A stretch of DNA of 64,000 nt from the NCBI GenBank assembly GCA_951406725.2, contig OX597815.1, positions 78,988,001-79,052,000 on the forward strand. The letters run 5' to 3'. Made by a program: the position numbers and the translations under genes. The DNA is from Octopus vulgaris. Lineage: Eukaryota. The notes beneath the pieces were generated by a model that was given only the letters and a program-made list of their open reading frames with translations, made no database searches and was not told the DNA's origin. Positions 57,935 to 64,000 of this stretch are shown piece by piece (the stretch's first letter is position 1; the number at the start of each line of letters is the position of its first letter).

Positions 57935-59173
57935 TTGGGTCATCCCATAAATAATGCAGTTTTTTTCAATTGCATGAACTAAGAGTCAGAGGGGGAATGG
58001 GATAAACTACCTGCAGCAACTTGCTATAAGAGCAGGTAGTAATTTTACCTTGTTCCTTATTCTTAGTACAAGTTTTGAAGAGTGCAGTTTGATTTTAACA
58101 GTCATTTTTTCAAAGCTACTAAGGAAATGACAAAGGAGCATATTTGGCTTCATGAATTCAATAAAGGCAACAACACAATGGAAAGTGTGAGGAATATTAA
58201 TGCAATATATGGGGATCAGACAATAAACATAAGCCAGTATCAATGGTGGTTCCAGAAATTCTGAGCCGGAAACTACAGCCTAGAAGACGAGCCTCATCCT
58301 GGAAGATTTGTAGAGCTCAGTGAAGATGTCCTGCAAACCCTGGTGGGATAAAACTGCATTGTAACTGTTGAGGAACTAGCAGAGAAGCTTGGATTTGGTC
58401 ATTCAACCATTCATCGACACCTGTGTGCTATCAGAAAAGTTGGCAAATTGAGTCAACAGGTTCCTCACAAACTTTCCAAGTCCAATCACGTGCAGAGAAT
58501 GAATTTATGCTTTTATTTGCTGTCATGTCTCACGAATGAACCGTTTTTGGACCAAATACTGACTGGTGACGTGAAATGGGTTCTCAATAAAAATGTCAAG
58601 CGCCGAAGACAGTAAGTAGGGAAAGGAGAAACACTGACACCCCAGGCTAAAGAAGGTCTTCACCAACATAAGGTGTGTTATCTGTTTGGTGGGATATGAA
58701 AGGTTTAGTCCACTTTGAACTTTTAAACCCAAACCAAACAATAACAAGTGCTAGAAGAAAAACGACCATCTTTGGTTTCAAGACAAAAGGTGTTTCTCCA
58801 TCAGGATAATACTCGGCCACATACATCAAGGATGACATTCCAAAGGCTGGAGCAGTCTGAATGGGAAACAATGCTCCACCCATTATATTCACTGGACATT
58901 GCCCCATCTGATTATCATTTATTCCATACTCTTCAAAATCACTTGGAGGGAAAAAATATGAATTCTGTAGACAAGATCAGAACAGTACTGGAGGAGTATT
59001 TTTCGTCACAAAGAAGTGAATTTTGGAAGAGGGGCACTGCAAGTCTACTAAATAGATGGAAGAGCATTGTAGAAATTGAAGGAGAGTTTATTTTAGATTA
59101 AAAAAGAAATTTATCTAAATTTTGAAAAATAAAAGAAGTATAAAAGAACTGCATTATTTATGGGATGACCCTA
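57935..59173 (+). mobile_element. Mariner (DD34D) transposon, transposase pseudogenised (~58127-59101)
   Basis: TIRs ttgggtcatcccataaataatgcagt / actgcattatttatgggatgacccta with TA TSD; ILTGDVKW, FLHQDNTRPH, HPLYSLDIAPSDYHLF; stops and frameshifts. Confidence 0.95.
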
Positions 59174-60736
59174 TAAACACACACACACACACATATATAT
59201 TTCACTTAGGCATAGCAATAACCTGGTGTCAGAACTCACTTTAGAATAAAGAGTTTGTTGAATATAGAGCATACTATGAAATTAAATAAATGACAACCTC
59301 TCATCCACACTCTTCAACCTAAAGCTACACAACCTTCCACAGCTCCACAATACATTCAGACAGCCTCATGTGCAAATAACATCTTTCTACCATTCTCCAT
59401 AAATTACCTAGAAACAAAAAGCTTAAAAGTAGCACCTGCCAAATCTATTGTCTCGTTTCTTATCAGAAAAATCAGAGAACACCAAATACAACCATAACCT
59501 TCATGTTTAAGGTAAGACTAACACCTCAGATGTAGGAAAACACTCCTAAATTGAAGATGCTCTTACTCAGCGGGAATAAAACCCAGGCAAACCAAATATG
59601 GCATACATCAAGAACAATGTTAGTTCCATAAAAAAATATGGAAATTTCCTTATTATCTATACATGACCTAATTATAAATTCAAAATGACTATCAAGGCAA
59701 ACAATTTTTTTTTACCAAACTATCAAAGATAATATGCTCTAACTTGGAATACCAACAGATTGGGATACAGACTAGATGCTGAATCAAAGACATTGATGAA
59801 GTTGGCTTAGATTTTGTTGAGGGGTCGCTCATAGCTATATGCAGCAGTTCAAGCGTTTTTTACCCCTGAGTAGTAGCATTCAAGCATCTCTGTAAGATGA
59901 ACAAATGAAGTGCATCTAATTAAACTAGAACAGTATCTAGGCAAGTATCAAAGTAATACGCATCCAAAATTTCAGCCTATTACGTCAATTATTCTCGGAG
60001 ACAACATGACCTAAAGATTGTTACTCATAGTTAGAGATGTCATTTTGAGAAAAACACAAAAAATGTTGGAAATGATTGATTTTACAACAATGCCCAACTA
60101 CACAAAGATAATATCCACATTTTAGTGAAATATTTGCAGTTTTGCACAGTCTAATAATGCCCAGAGTCATATCCTTTGCTATTTTTCTGAGATTTTGCTA
60201 TCTGAAATCTGAGGTATTAATCTTGGTTTAACATATCACACACACATGCACATAGTTACAGAAGACAAAAATGCTAGGTGTTAGGTAAAACTTATCCATA
60301 ATATTCACAGCATGTGGATGACATAGTAAGGAAAACCAACCAAACAAACTTGGAGCACTTAGCAGTCCAACAGAAAGAAACAACAATGGTGTACAAGTAA
60401 CTCATAAGATCCATTATGAACTGTGCTTGTCATACCAGCACTCCCAACCTCTCTACAATAAACAACAAAGAATACAAAACACAGCCCTATGCATCATAAC
60501 AGGTTGTATACATTTCACACCAACAACTACGTGACAAAACAAAAACACAAAACTGAAAGTTGACCTATGACAGTTTATTGCCAAAATAGGCTTCACTCCT
60601 CAAAGTCCACGTTATTAGATGAAAAAGTACTAAATGCCCAAGCACATACGCAACACTCTGGAATACTATTACATCATAAAAACACTAACTCACCCACTCA
60701 GCCAAGACAAGCATTTTAAATACATACACTTGGGAA

Positions 60737-60855
60737 TAAAGTGGTACCTTGACTTACGAGTTTTTTTGATAACAAGTTTTTCGAGATATGAGCCGTCTTT
60801 TGGCCAATTTTTTTGCTTTGAGTTGCAAGCAAAAATTTGAGTTATGAGCCAGCTA
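60737..60855. mobile_element. Tigger/pogo-like terminal fragment
   Basis: taaagtggtaccttgacttacgag followed by subterminal ..gagttatgag repeats; partner TIR not found. Confidence 0.4.
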
Positions 60856-63664
60856 CAGATACCCCACTACAAATTGGCATAGCAAACACCACAGTGAATG
60901 TAGTAACATCTGCCCTGCATATCGTGTCTCACTCGATAGCTAGACAGATATGCACATTAGCAAGTGCGAAGATCATAAGTAGATTGATATCAGTAACCTC
61001 ACCGGCCACAGAGACTCTCTTGAGATGTGCATCACCAACAAAGTGCAGATAACAACTTTTGTGCTGAGTCTGTTTTGCCTACCTCCACTATGGCCACCAT
61101 CAAAATCTACAGACATACAAGATCAGACTGTTTAGTAGAGAGAATGTACTATATATCTAGACTGTCAGACTGCACCTCATGCAGTTATTATGTCCTTAGC
61201 TCAGCTGATATGTTCAGTATAGTCGTCAGCTAAGCAGAAGCATGGTATAACAGAGAATATGAGTTGTGGGTTATATCTCATCAACTACCTCTGCCCCATA
61301 GGACTGCTTGATTAGGATTGGCCTGGATCGACACAGTAAAAACAGCCACAATACTGTTGACATAATTCTTAAACCACTGAACATACTTTATGTGGTATAT
61401 TACTCACAAATCAGTTTGGCTGAGTTCATCCTATAATATAATCACAATGGATGTTGAACTCAGGATTAGCAAAGTATTTTTATACAATTTTTGGAATATC
61501 AGTTGGCTCCTACTCTATGGTACCTATTTTCAGCTACATGAACAGCACCATTTTAGACTTGAGTGACTCAGACAGAATACATTAATGGAAAGGAAAGGAC
61601 ATCCAATTGTAAGAATAACTGCTCCAACAAGTAAATTATCTGTCATACAAACATGGGAAAATGGATGTAAATAGATGAAAATGTTTACTTTTGACATCTG
61701 CCATCAACTGTTATTATAGAAAAAGCTCACCCATATTTTTAACTGAATTATTCTTTAGGCACAACACTTTTCATAGATTAAGACAGTGAAAATTTGTAAT
61801 ATTGGTGATTTTTAGCTGCTTTTTCTAGTATACTGACTGACTGCATAGAAACTTCCTCGTATGCTTTATCTGTAATAGCTTATATATACTGAAGCTGTCC
61901 TAATTTCATAGTCATACAAATATTCAGATACTTACAAACTAAATTGAAATCCACATTATTCTGGTTAGTAACATGGAAACAGATAACTGTCATGTAAACA
62001 ATGAGAAACCAGAGAGAAAACACTTGAACTTAAACCAATGTGGGCACAATGGAGTGAGAATGGGGAAAGTGGGGGATAAAGATTAATGTTCTACAATGAT
62101 AACAACTTATCAACTGATCAGGGAGAGGTAGTAATTAGACCTCGAATCATCAAATGAGCAAAGAAGGAGACTCTGGGTTAGTGGTTCTCAATGTTTTTGA
62201 CTTTGTACTGCAGAAATAAAAAAAATACTGATGCACTTTGCATACAAACTTAGAAAAGGCATATTAACATTAAACCATTAGTACCCATGGTCCATTTTTT
62301 AGGACCAGAAGGATAATCCAGCATATTTCTGCAACACCTGTATTTTTCTGAGATATCTTTAGTTAGTCATTCAAGACCAGAACGTCTTTCAAATATCGTA
62401 ATAAAAACTTTTTTATACATTTAGTATCAGATATACATTTAGTATCACAATTGTGTCCAATCTCCCAAGTTTTGCTGTAACTGCTATGCCCAGTCCTTCT
62501 CCCCCAGAATGTTGTTCCTCTGGAATTTCCTCCCTGCATTCAATGACTTGCAACAATTCAAATGAACTGTTAATAACATTAATCTCATTGAAAAGTTTGC
62601 AAAAACTGTGATCACTGTCTCTTCCTCCAGAACAAACTAACAAAAAGAAAGGAAAACAGCAGATAGAAAACAAACACCACCTAACAAAATAACACCAATT
62701 TACACAGCACAAACTTTACACAACAAAATAAAACAAAACTGATGGAGAATTTAAACACAATCCTACGTCTCATAAAGGCACTGTTGCACACAATCCAGGA
62801 ACATAATAATAATGTTTTGGAGATAGCTACAAGGTCACAAATCTTTGAGGAGGGGCTCGTCAATTAAATTAACTCTGGTGCTTGACTAGTACTTTATTTT
62901 ACCAACTCTGGCAAGATGATAAGCAAAGTGAGTCCACACCCAAATGGGATACAAACACAGAACACAAAGTTTAAATACTGCAGAATACCACAAAACATTA
63001 TTGTCTCTAATGGTCTCCCAAAATCTGTCAAATACATTTGTTTTAGTTATTTTGGTAAACTTACAAAATAGTATCTAAGTATAATCTTTCAAAACATTTT
63101 CTTTTATCAGTTAAGATGACAGTTATGGTTATGGTCAAATGGTTAAGAAGTTTGCTTCACAATCACATGGTTCCATTTTGAATCCCAATGTGTGGGACAT
63201 TTTGGCTAAGAATCTTTTTGTCATTCCCTGAGTGTTTAAAAAGCACTCACTTCACTCTTGGAGTGATTGGCATTAGGAAGAACATCAAGCTGTAGAAATC
63301 ATACCAAATCAGATTGGAACATGGTGTAGCTCCCCAGCTCACCAATTTTCAGTCAAACCATCCCAGCATGGAAAACAGTAGTTAAATGATGATGATGAGT
63401 CAAGCCAAGCTTTGAGAGTAAAACTGGGTAGATGGAAATTGCTTGTAAGCCCAATGGATACGCTGGACCTATATCACACTGATTCTCTCAGTAGGTCCAC
63501 TGATACTAAGCTACTTATATATTAATTCAATGAGTACACCAGCCTTATCTTTAAACAACTGAGATATTGATCATGAAAACTGACAGAGATCCAACTATAA
63601 GCACCAGGCAATGACAACCAGTACAACTGAGGTATGGTCTCAGGGTCATATTTATAATCCTGAG

Positions 63665-63939
63665 GGCCACTGGACTGGCTCCTGTGCTGGTGGCACGTAA
63701 AAAACACCATTTGAGCGTGGCCGTTGCCAGTACTGCCTGACTGGCCCCCATGCCAGTGGCACGTAAAAGCACCCACTACACTCTTGGAGTGGTTGGCATT
63801 AGGAAGGGCATCTGGCTGTAGACACTCTGCCAGATCAAGATTGGAGCCTGGTGCAGCCATCTGGTTCGCCAGTCTTCAGTCAAATCGTCCAACCCATGCT
63901 AGCATGGAAAGCGGACGTCAAACGATGATGATGATGATG
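63665..63939 (+). mobile_element. SINE/RTE-tail repeat with (ATG)n end
   Basis: gctagcatggaaagcggacgtcaaacgatgatgatg terminus and two ~60-bp internal units. Confidence 0.85.
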
Positions 63940-64000
63940 GGCCTATCCATACTGACCAAAGGCATTGTATTAGAAAGTTGCAGAAGTACTATGTCAGTGA

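Noticed and set aside
62413-62712. 99-aa minus ORF with a possible acceptor near 62637
   Set aside because: No recognisable domain or partner exons; could be a UTR exon but cannot be supported.

Overview
AT-rich, repeat-dense animal DNA; the SINE/RTE repeat families suggest an octopus (inference). One protein-coding gene could be assembled, on the minus strand: a 331-aa CDP-alcohol phosphotransferase of the insect ceramide phosphoethanolamine synthase (CPES) type. Its four coding exons are 39007-38240, 30073-29951, 28271-28191 and 25227-25204, all joined GT-AG in phase 0, and a Met-Ala-stop uORF precedes the start. The rest is mostly mobile DNA: a 4.5-kb TA microsatellite, a decayed RTE LINE split by a non-autonomous Helitron, dead Tc1 and mariner copies, MITEs, Penelope-like RT and GIY-YIG fragments, and many SINEs. 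The main unexplained structure is a ~340-bp inverted repeat in the last CPES intron; each arm carries a Penelope-type hammerhead ribozyme core with an unusually long stem II, and one copy is sense to the pre-mRNA. Several further local inverted duplications and hairpins could form dsRNA/ADAR substrates. All alignments and folds were done by eye, and repeat boundaries are approximate unless TSD/TIR evidence is given.
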